Part shown: piece after piece, positions 49,148-56,838 of the stretch
How the letters are laid out: the number at the start of each line of letters is the position of its first letter
Numbering within the stretch: position 1 is the stretch's first letter
Virus record (IMG/VR): IMGVR_UViG_3300032286_000710
Location: 102,605-166,604 of that record
DNA from: a virus
Reading direction: 5' to 3' (one strand)
DNA length: 64,000 nucleotides
Made by a program: the position numbers and the translations under genes
Notes under the pieces: model-generated
Database searches by the model: none
Told to the model about the DNA's origin: nothing
Seen by the model: the letters and a program-made list of their open reading frames with translations, nothing else

Positions 49148-49382
49148 GTTTTATATTAAGTCTAACACGTTGGAGTTAATCTACTCTACGGATAAAAGTC
49201 CACTACAGGCCGCTGTTGTAGCACTAGGGGAAACTAATAAGTTTGACGTACTAGATGAACATTTTTATATAGACGAGCGTGGTATGAAAGATTATGCCAC
49301 AGCAAAACCGGATACTATTGTAATCCCTACTAAACTAGTTGCCGCCGAAGCTGGCTGGACATTAGGGAAAGACGATACATGA
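49140..49382 (+). CDS. Hypothetical protein
   Basis: MSKFYIKS...; start overlaps the end of the kinase gene. Confidence 0.6.
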   Translation: MSKFYIKSNTLELIYSTDKSPLQAAVVALGETNKFDVLDEHFYIDERGMKDYATAKPDTIVIPTKLVAAEAGWTLGKDDT

Positions 49383-49384
49383 CG

Positions 49385-49462
49385 TAAACCCTTGCCACCA
49401 CTAGAGTTATGGTGAGCGGGGCCGGGGAGATTTTACGTAAACCCTTACCAGATATAGACTTA
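49385..49462. repeat. Paired-palindrome element E7
   Basis: 25+28+25 geometry. Confidence 0.85.
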
Positions 49463-49531
49463 GGATCATTAAAGATAGAGTATTGACTTGACCGATAACT
49501 ATGGTAGAGTACGTATATAGGAGAAACAGTT

Positions 49532-49681
49532 ATGTATGTATGGAGAGTTTGGAAGAATAACCGGTTTGCGGGATATGTGACATCCCCTAGCCAGTTTGAA
49601 GCGTATGTTAAGGCGACTGAGCAATATGGGCAAAATGTATGGGTTGAAAAGACTGCGGAATATAAGGTTGTCTTTGCCTAA
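49532..49681 (+). CDS. Small hypothetical protein (49 aa)
   Basis: MYVWRVWKNNRFAGYV...; AGGAG RBS. Confidence 0.6.
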   Translation: MYVWRVWKNNRFAGYVTSPSQFEAYVKATEQYGQNVWVEKTAEYKVVFA

Positions 49682-49753
49682 CAAGCCCGATCATTTTCGC
49701 AGGGGTAGTCAGCCAGCCTAAAGTTTGTTGAACAGAATGTCGATAATCCTTAT

Positions 49754-50101
49754 ATGAAAAAGGAGAAAGGCATCATGATTCAGTGGATTGGCGTGATTAT
49801 CACGATTTGTGGATTGGTGTATACAGGTTTTAAGGATGTTCAAAACGGGAATATAAAAATCCCAGCAATATCTCAAAACGAGGTCTTGACAAAAACAAAC
49901 TATCCTATACAATACTGTGTAATGGCTTACGACCCTAATACTGACAAAGTTTACTATCAACACGAAAACGGAATATGGTATGATTACCCTCCACAACAAC
50001 GACGATACTCGGCCACGCCGCAACGTAATCAAAATCAAGAAAGTTATGCCGTGGGAAATGCGGCAGGGACACCAAGAACACAAGTATACGGTGTTCGATA
50101 A
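49754..50101 (+). CDS. Membrane-anchored hypothetical protein
   Basis: N-terminal hydrophobic helix; the true start may be MIQW. Confidence 0.5.
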   Translation: MKKEKGIMIQWIGVIITICGLVYTGFKDVQNGNIKIPAISQNEVLTKTNYPIQYCVMAYDPNTDKVYYQHENGIWYDYPPQQRRYSATPQRNQNQESYAVGNAAGTPRTQVYGVR

Positions 50102-50168
50102 TCGTCCCAAACGTCAACGTACTCGTAAGTCTATTGACAGGAGGTGGCGTGATGAGTATGATATGTGA
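49980..50168 (+). CDS. Small basic protein
   Basis: 62 aa; an internal TTGACA-17-TACAAT promoter lies upstream at about 49887. Confidence 0.45.
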   Translation: MITLHNNDDTRPRRNVIKIKKVMPWEMRQGHQEHKYTVFDNRPKRQRTRKSIDRRWRDEYDM

Positions 50169-50297
50169 AGATTGTAAGAGTTACAACATTGGTTGGGATG
50201 CTTGGGTTGACCAAGATGGTGAACTTTTGGCTGGCCCATACGATAACTGTCAATGTATGGATTGTGGATCAGATAACATCATTGAAGAAAGATACGC

Positions 50298-50708
50298 ATG
50301 ATTAAGGTACGTTATCATCTTCAGAAGGGTCAGTATTACAAGCACTGGCAGTTCAAAGATACTGAGACTAAGAGAGTGTGGTATGTTCATCCAGAAGAGC
50401 AAATCATTGAACTCCATAACTGTGTTCTCCACAATAACCGTAATGTGGCAAACAAGATTTATACGGGGGCTAATAAGGATGTTTGTGCATGGATAAAGTT
50501 CAAGGATGGTTTTAGGTATGATGAATCATTCATCCCCTCATATTCTACTCACCTAAAGTATGACCCTAGGAAACTCCCTTACTGGCATACTTGGTCAGGA
50601 AGAAACATTGACGGTTTTGCATTTGACATTCTACACCTTACATCCAAGGGTGTGTTCTACAATGAATGTAGGCAAAATATTTTGAATCCTCTAAAGATTG
50701 CCCCTTGA
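50298..50708 (+). CDS. Hypothetical protein
   Basis: 136 aa; KVRYHLQKGQYYKHWQ. Confidence 0.65.
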   Translation: MIKVRYHLQKGQYYKHWQFKDTETKRVWYVHPEEQIIELHNCVLHNNRNVANKIYTGANKDVCAWIKFKDGFRYDESFIPSYSTHLKYDPRKLPYWHTWSGRNIDGFAFDILHLTSKGVFYNECRQNILNPLKIAP

Positions 50709-50895
50709 CAAGCCGATAACATAGTGTATAATGAGAGAGTAAGACATGGAGAATGTAGCGTAATGGTAGCGTGTGGGAAGTTCCGAACTGCGACAATAGT
50801 GCAGAGTAGGCAAACAAATGCCCATGAAGTGGTTCGATTCCACTCTTCTCCCCTTGACAAGTCGATAACATAGTGTAGAATGATGGAGTAAGACA
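50701..50895 (+). promoter_or_regulatory. Tandem duplicated sigma70 promoters (about 46-bp direct repeat)
   Basis: TTGACA-agccgataacatagtg-TATAAT (50705) and TTGACA-agtcgataacatagtg-TAGAAT (50854). Confidence 0.8.
50748..50852 (+). ncRNA. tRNA-like RNA with an expanded anticodon loop of about 43 nt
   Basis: Acceptor GGAGAA(T)G/CTTCTCC, D-arm GCGT-AATGGTA-GCGT, T-arm AGTGG-TTCGATT-CCACT. Confidence 0.65.
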
Positions 50896-50905
50896 AAACA
50901 AATAT

Positions 50906-51039
50906 GCGTGCGTCTAGCGACTAGATTGGGATAACCTATACGATAAACCTACGGCTGTTATGCAGCGTGGGGTTGCCTAACGGGGTTATACGTTAGGATA
51001 GTATACCAATCTACGGGGGTGCGATTCCTCTGCCACGCT
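50906..51039 (+). ncRNA. tRNA/tmRNA-like structured RNA with a pseudoknot
   Basis: GCGTG/CACGC closing stem, T-like arm GGGGG-TGCGATT-CCTCT, helix TAGATTGG/CCAATCTA and two inner hairpins. Confidence 0.6.
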
Positions 51040-51046
51040 CTAATAC

Positions 51047-51267
51047 AACCAGTAACCGTTACTAAGAGCCAGACCAGAGCGGCAATGCCCGCTTTGCAGG
51101 GAGGATTTCCGTGGGCGGTTTACAACAGTTCCGTAATAGGGTAGACTGTTGAGTAAGGATTTGGGCGTAAATGATCCGCTGGTTATAACTCTGCTGGTAG
51201 TTTCCTTACAAAAGGTTGAACGGATTAGTACCGAGAGGCTGTTCGTAAAACTACCAGTGGTCGGTAC
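51047..51267 (+). ncRNA. Candidate structured RNA(s): a multibranch domain and a pseudoknotted three-way junction
   Basis: AACCAG/CTGGTT, CAACAG/CTGTTG, CTGGTAGTTT/AAACTACCAG, and loop GTACCGA pairing with TCGGTAC. Confidence 0.5.
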
Positions 51268-51303
51268 ACTTGACTTGACGATAACTAATGGTATAATAAT
51301 AGT

Positions 51304-51519
51304 ATGAAAGTTACCGCTAAACAAAATGGTCGTAAGTGGACTAAGGAACGTTTGAAACGTCATCCCGGCGAATGGGAAGTTGAGCAGGAAACGAAGTTCG
51401 TACCATGTTGGCCGGGAGAAGCGGCTATTCTGATTAAGAATACAACTGATGGGTGGAGTGGCTGGTTTCCTGTTAAAGATATTGACATTGTACTAGGGGA
51501 AAATAATGGAATGGATTAG
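51304..51519 (+). CDS. Hypothetical protein
   Basis: 71 aa, probably leaderless behind a promoter ending at about 51297. Confidence 0.6.
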   Translation: MKVTAKQNGRKWTKERLKRHPGEWEVEQETKFVPCWPGEAAILIKNTTDGWSGWFPVKDIDIVLGENNGMD

Positions 51520-51781
51520 TTTTCATGGCCCTCGTCGCCCTGTTAATGGTCAAAAGATCATCTATTATGGTGAGGCTATTGGTGTGTGGCGTGGTACATA
51601 CAAGATAAACTATGATGATAAGTTTTGTATTCATAATATCTATTGTGGTGAAACTTGGGGAAATGTAGACTATATGGATGCCCCGTGGTGGATGCCAGAT
51701 TTAGGACAAGAGAAACCACAACCACCTAGCGAAGATTACCCCTCCGATTACCCTTGGATTAATAATAAGGAAAACAAATGA
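51506..51781 (+). CDS. DUF551-like hypothetical protein
   Basis: MEWIS...P...WMP motif. Confidence 0.55.
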   Translation: MEWISFHGPRRPVNGQKIIYYGEAIGVWRGTYKINYDDKFCIHNIYCGETWGNVDYMDAPWWMPDLGQEKPQPPSEDYPSDYPWINNKENK

Positions 51782-52137
51782 TTAACGTTGGAATGACGAT
51801 TCGTGAGATGGTGAGCATTGCTTCTAATGGTAGTTGCAATGGTGATCTGTATGAGCGGATTATCAAGGCTCTGGAACTGGCTACTGGCAATGAGAAGTTG
51901 CTGGTTGGCTGTAACGGTGTCAAGTATGATACTCAGTATTGGGATGGCAAGATTCCTGCTATCAAGAGCCTGCGTCTGGCTACTGGTATGGGATTGAAGG
52001 ATGCCAAGGATTGGGTTGAGGATGCCCAATACCACAGTGGAACTAAGTACACTGGCCCTCTTGATCCCGAAGTTGCACAAAAACTGTGCGACGAACTCAA
52101 GAAGTGTGGTATGGATTGCTGGACCACTAACTCTTGA
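51778..52137 (+). CDS. Ribosomal protein bL12 (L7/L12) C-terminal-domain protein
   Basis: KIPAIKSLRLATGMGLKDAKDWVE...EVAQKLCDELKKCG matches the bL12 CTD signature. Confidence 0.7.
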   Translation: MINVGMTIREMVSIASNGSCNGDLYERIIKALELATGNEKLLVGCNGVKYDTQYWDGKIPAIKSLRLATGMGLKDAKDWVEDAQYHSGTKYTGPLDPEVAQKLCDELKKCGMDCWTTNS

Positions 52138-52146
52138 AGCTCGCCT

Positions 52147-52224
52147 TAAGTCCTTATCCCACAAGGATTTAGGACCAAGGGGGCGGGCCGCGTTCGTCGT
52201 AAGTCCTTACCCCACAACGACTTA
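52147..52224. repeat. Paired-palindrome element E8
   Basis: 25+28+25 geometry. Confidence 0.85.
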
Positions 52225-52329
52225 TGACAAAAAAATATTTTTTCAAGGAACCCGCTTGACAAGGCCGATAGTAGATGTATAATCAGTAGAGTAATGGTTG
52301 ATAACACTAACTTGAAAATGGAGATTATT

Positions 52330-52599
52330 ATGCAGAAGTTTACGTTTGTTGTTGATATTGTGACCGATTCGCCGGTTGGTATTGAGCCGCAGGCTGTTCG
52401 TGATACGCTTCTGGCGTCTGTCGATGGCATTGGCAATATCGCCGCTGTTCATCCTGTCAAGACCGAGACTCTCAAAGAGCAGGGTTTCAAGGTTTGGCGG
52501 GCAAGGGTTGCTGGTATCAAGGAACCGGCCAAGGTCAAGGTTCCCAAGGCTCCCAAGGCCAAGAAGGTCGAGGCCGAAGTCGCAACGGCGACGGCTTGA
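52330..52599 (+). CDS. Protein with a Lys/Ala/Pro-rich tail
   Basis: GGAG RBS; C-terminal KVKVPKAPKAKK. Confidence 0.65.
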   Translation: MQKFTFVVDIVTDSPVGIEPQAVRDTLLASVDGIGNIAAVHPVKTETLKEQGFKVWRARVAGIKEPAKVKVPKAPKAKKVEAEVATATA

Positions 52600-52716
52600 T
52601 TTTCTAAAGAACGTCGTGTAGAATACCGATATACCTTATAGGCGGTGGAAGTCAAAAACGCAACTGGACGTTAGACCAGTATAGGTATATCATTTTCCAC
52701 TAACTAGGAGTTTACA

Positions 52717-53076
52717 ATGGGTTTGGATCAGTTCGCATTTGCTATCGACAACAATGGAGAGAAGGAAGAACTTGCTTACTGGCGTAAGCATCCTAATCTT
52801 CAAGGTTGGATGGAGAATCTGTGGGAAAGTAAGGGTCGCCCTAACGCCAACGAAGATCATCCGCATGAGTTCAACTGTATTCAACTTGAACTTACTAAGG
52901 AAGATCTGGATAGTCTAGAGCAGGATGTTACTAATGCTAATCTGCCAGACACCGTAGGATTTTTCTTTGGTAGTAACAGCGATGGAGAGTACGGGCAGCA
53001 GGATTTGGAGTTTGTTCAGAAAGCCCGAGAAGCACTTGACAGCGGACTAACGGTAGTGTATGATAGTTGGTGGTGA
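52717..53076 (+). CDS. Conserved phage hypothetical protein
   Basis: MGLDQ...YWRKHPNLQGWM...FNC...GFFFG...YDSWW family. Confidence 0.8.
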   Translation: MGLDQFAFAIDNNGEKEELAYWRKHPNLQGWMENLWESKGRPNANEDHPHEFNCIQLELTKEDLDSLEQDVTNANLPDTVGFFFGSNSDGEYGQQDLEFVQKAREALDSGLTVVYDSWW

Positions 53077-53242
53077 CATTACGATAACAATGAGGAACGA
53101 CATGAAGATTCTTGGATTGGGCGATGAGACTGATGCTGGCAAGGTGCTTAGTATTAGTCGTGATGGTGTGACGTTTGAGAAGAACGGTGCAAGGGTTGTG
53201 TTGACCCTCACTGAAGTTGAGTCGATGGTTTTTTCTAACTAA
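53060..53242 (+). CDS. Hypothetical protein
   Basis: ORF of up to 60 aa; start uncertain (possibly MKILG). Confidence 0.5.
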   Translation: MIVGGDITITMRNDMKILGLGDETDAGKVLSISRDGVTFEKNGARVVLTLTEVESMVFSN

Positions 53243-53249
53243 GGGAGAT

Positions 53250-53465
53250 ATGATGTCTAATAACTTTGCTAGTCTGCGTAAGAACCGCCATATCAAGTGT
53301 AAGTATCCCCTGCATGGTACTAAGAACGTGCTGAAGTATCATGTTGGTCGTATTGAGCGTGTTGGTACTGGCCCTAATGGCCGATATGCCGTGGTTCGTG
53401 CTATGAATCAGACCGTTCGCACTCTGCTGTGCGATAAGATGATCGAAACGCAGTGCTATCGTTGA
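53250..53465 (+). CDS. Hypothetical protein
   Basis: MMSNNF... after a GGGAG RBS. Confidence 0.55.
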   Translation: MMSNNFASLRKNRHIKCKYPLHGTKNVLKYHVGRIERVGTGPNGRYAVVRAMNQTVRTLLCDKMIETQCYR

Positions 53466-53523
53466 TTCTCCCTTGAGTGTATGGGTGGCGTATGGTACAA
53501 TACTATGCGTCACCCGTATCTAT

Positions 53524-53599
53524 GGGGCGTAAGGTAAGCCGGTTGCATCCGCCAATCTTATAAGTTGGTCATAGGTCTGTTCGACTCAGACACGCCCTA
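53524..53599 (+). tRNA. trnI: tRNA-Ile(TAT)
   Basis: GGGGCGT/ACGCCCT acceptor, CCAAT-CT-TAT-AA-GTTGG anticodon arm, GTCTG-TTCGACT-CAGAC T-arm; atypical D-arm. Confidence 0.75.
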
Positions 53600-53662
53600 T
53601 TTTAGTAGTCTTATAATGCTTTTCGTGTATAGTATAATATCAACTACTATACAGGAGCATAT

Positions 53663-54097
53663 ATGAATACTAAAACTTGTACGGATTGTAAACAAGAACT
53701 AACAGTAGACCAGTTCTCAAAAAATGACCAGAAAAAGGATGGACTAAACTATAGATGCAAGGCGTGTCAAAAGATTTATTTCAAGCAGCATTATCAAAAT
53801 AATAAACAATACTATGTAGATAAAGCCGCTGAACAAACTCAAAAGTTTTTAGCAATAATAGAAGAAGCAAAGCAGGATAAACTTAAAAAAGGATGTTCTA
53901 TATGCGGCATGTATCATCCCGGCGTATTAGACTTCCATCATGTAGATCCTTCTAAGAAAGATTTCACTATTGCTAAATCTAGGACTAAAAGCAAAGAAAA
54001 GTTTCTACGGGAACTTGACAAGTGCATCGTCTTGTGTTCTAACTGTCATCGTATCCTTCATTGGAGAGAACGCAACTTAGATGCGGAGACTTCTTGA
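53663..54097 (+). CDS. HNH endonuclease
   Basis: CxxC motifs and LDFHHVDP...ELDKCIVLCSNCHR; GTGTATA at 53625-53631. Confidence 0.85.
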   Translation: MNTKTCTDCKQELTVDQFSKNDQKKDGLNYRCKACQKIYFKQHYQNNKQYYVDKAAEQTQKFLAIIEEAKQDKLKKGCSICGMYHPGVLDFHHVDPSKKDFTIAKSRTKSKEKFLRELDKCIVLCSNCHRILHWRERNLDAETS

Positions 54098-54212
54098 TAG
54101 AACTAATGATTATGATTTTCGTTTGGAGTATGCTGTTTACAGAAGAATAAATAGGACGTTGTTTGAATACTAAAAGTCAACACGCCCCCAACCATTTAGG
54201 AGATAGTATATT

Positions 54213-54422
54213 ATGAACGAGAAAGTAGCCACCTATGTTATGGATGATGTACAGTATGATATTTATGCGTGTTATGATTCTTGGCATGATATGGATATTC
54301 GTAATGTATCTTTCTATGACGTTTACAACCAGAAAACGGGAGCGTGTGTAAACGAGGGAGATCCTTTCTACGAGTTTCCAACGTGGGATGATATTTTCAG
54401 CAACTACTACTCAAAGGTCTAA
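54213..54422 (+). CDS. Hypothetical protein
   Basis: 69 aa; AGGAG RBS. Confidence 0.65.
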   Translation: MNEKVATYVMDDVQYDIYACYDSWHDMDIRNVSFYDVYNQKTGACVNEGDPFYEFPTWDDIFSNYYSKV

Positions 54423-54423
54423 T

Positions 54424-54612
54424 ATGTACCATTACGTTACTATCAATGCTGTTATGCGAGACTGTAACTCTATTGAGGATGCTATTAAAAAGTGTGGCAT
54501 TTTACTCCCACAGTATCCAGATGAAAATACTGTACATATGGAATCGTGGGCGATTTCTGAAGTGTACGAAACTGCTACTGGTAAAACATATGTAGAAACT
54601 CAGGAGTGCTAA
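54424..54612 (+). CDS. Hypothetical protein
   Basis: MYHYVTINAV... Confidence 0.55.
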   Translation: MYHYVTINAVMRDCNSIEDAIKKCGILLPQYPDENTVHMESWAISEVYETATGKTYVETQEC

Positions 54613-55076
54613 TCATGGGTATGGGTAGTTATGCGGTAAGTAGTTATGTTATTCCATACGATGAACTGAAAAAGATTTGTCCAGATGAAATAGCGGCTAT
54701 TGAAAAGGAAAAGTATTTTGATTCTATTGGTTGGAATAGTATTGGATGTTGGATGTCGTGGAGCGATCCCGATCAGTTCAAAGAGAATATCTTAGAATCT
54801 TTTGATAATCCAGAAAGCGAAGATAGCGAAAAGATTGCAGAGGAAATGGTTAAGGTGTATGACAATCGTATTATCAATCTTACAAAGGCTTTCAACGAAA
54901 AAACTGGATTGGCTTTATACTTTGATATTTACGATGAAGATCAAGGCGATAGATACGATGAGCCGGGAGATGAAGATGGTTGTATATTCTGCGTGAATGG
55001 TATGGTACAACTTACTCCTGCGGGCGAGAAATATAAAGATATTATTACTGAGCGTAGATGGACTCAGTATGGATAA
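54606..55076 (+). CDS. Acidic hypothetical protein
   Basis: About 153 aa; likely start MGMG. Confidence 0.65.
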   Translation: MLIMGMGSYAVSSYVIPYDELKKICPDEIAAIEKEKYFDSIGWNSIGCWMSWSDPDQFKENILESFDNPESEDSEKIAEEMVKVYDNRIINLTKAFNEKTGLALYFDIYDEDQGDRYDEPGDEDGCIFCVNGMVQLTPAGEKYKDIITERRWTQYG

Positions 55077-55107
55077 TGCTTGGGAAGAATAGCACCGTGA
55101 TTCGTTC

Positions 55108-55185
55108 TAAGTCCTTTAGCCACAAGGATTTAGGGCGAACGCGGCCCGCCCCGCTGATCGTAAGTCCTTATCTACCAACAACTTA
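55108..55185. repeat. Paired-palindrome element E9 (inverted core)
   Basis: 25+28+25 geometry; the core reads CGGCCCGCCCC. Confidence 0.85.
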
Positions 55186-55280
55186 CGTCAAAAAGAAAAA
55201 ACTAATGCTGACCCCTTGACATGCCCGATATATAGGGTATGATGGTTGAAGTTGATAACCCACTACTAGGAGATTTGATA

Positions 55281-56477
55281 ATGAGTTACGATAAGTTGAC
55301 GATTCAGAGCAAGCCGAGCGAAGGCGATTTTGTTCGTACCCTCCAAGGTGCTACTGGCACTGGTTTTGAGAAGGGTACGCATGTTCACAAGGATTGGTGG
55401 GCAAAGACCAAGACCTACGAGCAGGTCATGCAGGATGCCAACGTCGCTGTAGAGAACCGCGAAGATATTCTGACTGAGCGTAAGAACATTACCTGTGTTG
55501 GTAATGATAAGGGATTCTTTTTGAAGTTGAACGATGGACGAGAGTTTCGCCCTACGGATCACGCCATTGAACAGTTTAGTGTCCGCGTGGGTGTTACCTC
55601 GTCCTCGTTCCTTCGTGAGATGCGTAACATCGAAAACTTCGATCTTGCGGATGCTGATACCATGGCATATGTTGGCAACAATGCTTTGCGTCGAATCGAC
55701 GCCGATAAGACTTTCCGACTCCGTACATATACGGATGGAACGTGTCGTGCGTTCGTGACTGAGCAATATGCTCCTGTGGATAATCGCTGGTATCTGGAAA
55801 CCCTGTCGGAGTTTGTTCCCGGCGGTCGTTTCAGTCACTGGCGTGGCGATGAGGATACTATCTATGGTAATATCCTTATCCCCGATACTATCATGGACTA
55901 CGGTGCTGACGATAGTGATTATGGTGGAATGATTAGCGTGGGCAACTGCGAAATCGGCACTCGCCGCATTAGCCAGACGCCTAGCCTTTTTCGTGCCATC
56001 TGTATGAACGGTTGCATCTGGGGTCAGACTAAGGGTGAGAAGATTCGCCGCGTTCATCGTGGCAATATCGACCTCGCTGTGCTGAAACTGGAAATCGCCC
56101 GTAATATTCAAGATCAGATTCCGCTTCTTGCTCCCGGCATCAAGCAGTTTCTGGCTACCCGTGCCTTGGAAACTGGCAAGGCTAGCGTGAAGGGTGTTGT
56201 GGCTACGGTATCGTCGGATTACAAACTGAGCAAGCGTGAGGCTACGGAGTTTCTTGAGCAGTATGTTACTATGGAATCTGGAGAGCGTAACCTGTTTGGT
56301 ATTATCAACGGTCTGACCCGTGCTGGTCAGGTTTTCGATAATAAGACTTGGGTGAAGTTCGATGAAATCGCTGGCAGTCTGCTTGATACTAATGCAGACC
56401 GCTGGGCTACGATTCTGCGTCGTGCTGATACTTTCACCGACAAGGATTACGAAAAGGTTTTCGCTCTTACCGCTTAG
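55281..56477 (+). CDS. DUF932-family protein
   Basis: RAFVTEQYAPVDN...GMISVGNCEIG...FRAICMNG...RRVHRG; AGGAG RBS. Confidence 0.75.
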   Translation: MSYDKLTIQSKPSEGDFVRTLQGATGTGFEKGTHVHKDWWAKTKTYEQVMQDANVAVENREDILTERKNITCVGNDKGFFLKLNDGREFRPTDHAIEQFSVRVGVTSSSFLREMRNIENFDLADADTMAYVGNNALRRIDADKTFRLRTYTDGTCRAFVTEQYAPVDNRWYLETLSEFVPGGRFSHWRGDEDTIYGNILIPDTIMDYGADDSDYGGMISVGNCEIGTRRISQTPSLFRAICMNGCIWGQTKGEKIRRVHRGNIDLAVLKLEIARNIQDQIPLLAPGIKQFLATRALETGKASVKGVVATVSSDYKLSKREATEFLEQYVTMESGERNLFGIINGLTRAGQVFDNKTWVKFDEIAGSLLDTNADRWATILRRADTFTDKDYEKVFALTA

Positions 56478-56479
56478 TT

Positions 56480-56526
56480 AGTGGGAGGGTTGGGGTTGGG
56501 GGGAAACCCCCTTCCCCACTCTCACT
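56480..56526 (+). terminator. Hairpin/terminator after the DUF932 gene
   Basis: AGTGGGAG...GGGG-GAAA-CCCC...CTCTCACT inverted repeat. Confidence 0.55.
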
Positions 56527-56542
56527 GACTTCTGGCTTGTCG

Positions 56543-56670
56543 TAAGCCCTTTAGCAGTAAGGGTTTAGGGCAACCGGGGCCGGGGCGATCATTCATAAGT
56601 CTTTTATTTTCAAGTACTTACGTCAAGTCTAATGGTGAATGAACGTAAGTCGTTTGTTCTCAAGTACTTG
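56543..56670. repeat. Paired-palindrome element E10 with a third palindrome
   Basis: Palindromes start at 56543, 56596 and 56646. Confidence 0.8.
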
Positions 56671-56838
56671 TGTCGAGTGTGTCGATATGGTACAATGGGG
56701 TAGTGTGTCTTTGGTAAGATGCACAGGATGGATAAGATAGGGCAAATATATAAGCTGGGCAAATGGGGCTGTACTTCCCCATATAAACGGTTCAACATAT
56801 TGCAATACAGTCAGCGACATTTACTTTAGGAGGTATAT

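Noticed and set aside
50906-51039. Bona fide tmRNA
   Set aside because: It is too short, lacks the G3·U70 pair and has no evident tag reading frame. It is kept only as a mimic.
51194-51267. Hammerhead ribozyme
   Set aside because: The three-stem layout is similar but the CUGANGA and GAAA core is absent.
51040-51363. 107-aa minus-strand ORF over the ncRNA cluster
   Set aside because: It is antisense to strong promoters, overlaps the 51304 gene and has no recognisable motifs.
55266-56111. 281-aa antisense ORF
   Set aside because: It is a shadow of the codon-biased DUF932 gene and has no RBS or promoter support.
39493-56670. Palindrome elements as a CRISPR array
   Set aside because: Copies are degenerate and separated by kilobases of genes, and no cas genes are present.
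39493-56670. Palindrome elements as canonical integron attC sites or intrinsic terminators
   Set aside because: There are no RYYYAAC/GTTRRRY ends, no integrase in the window and no U-tracts. Cassette-like behaviour remains only a hypothesis.
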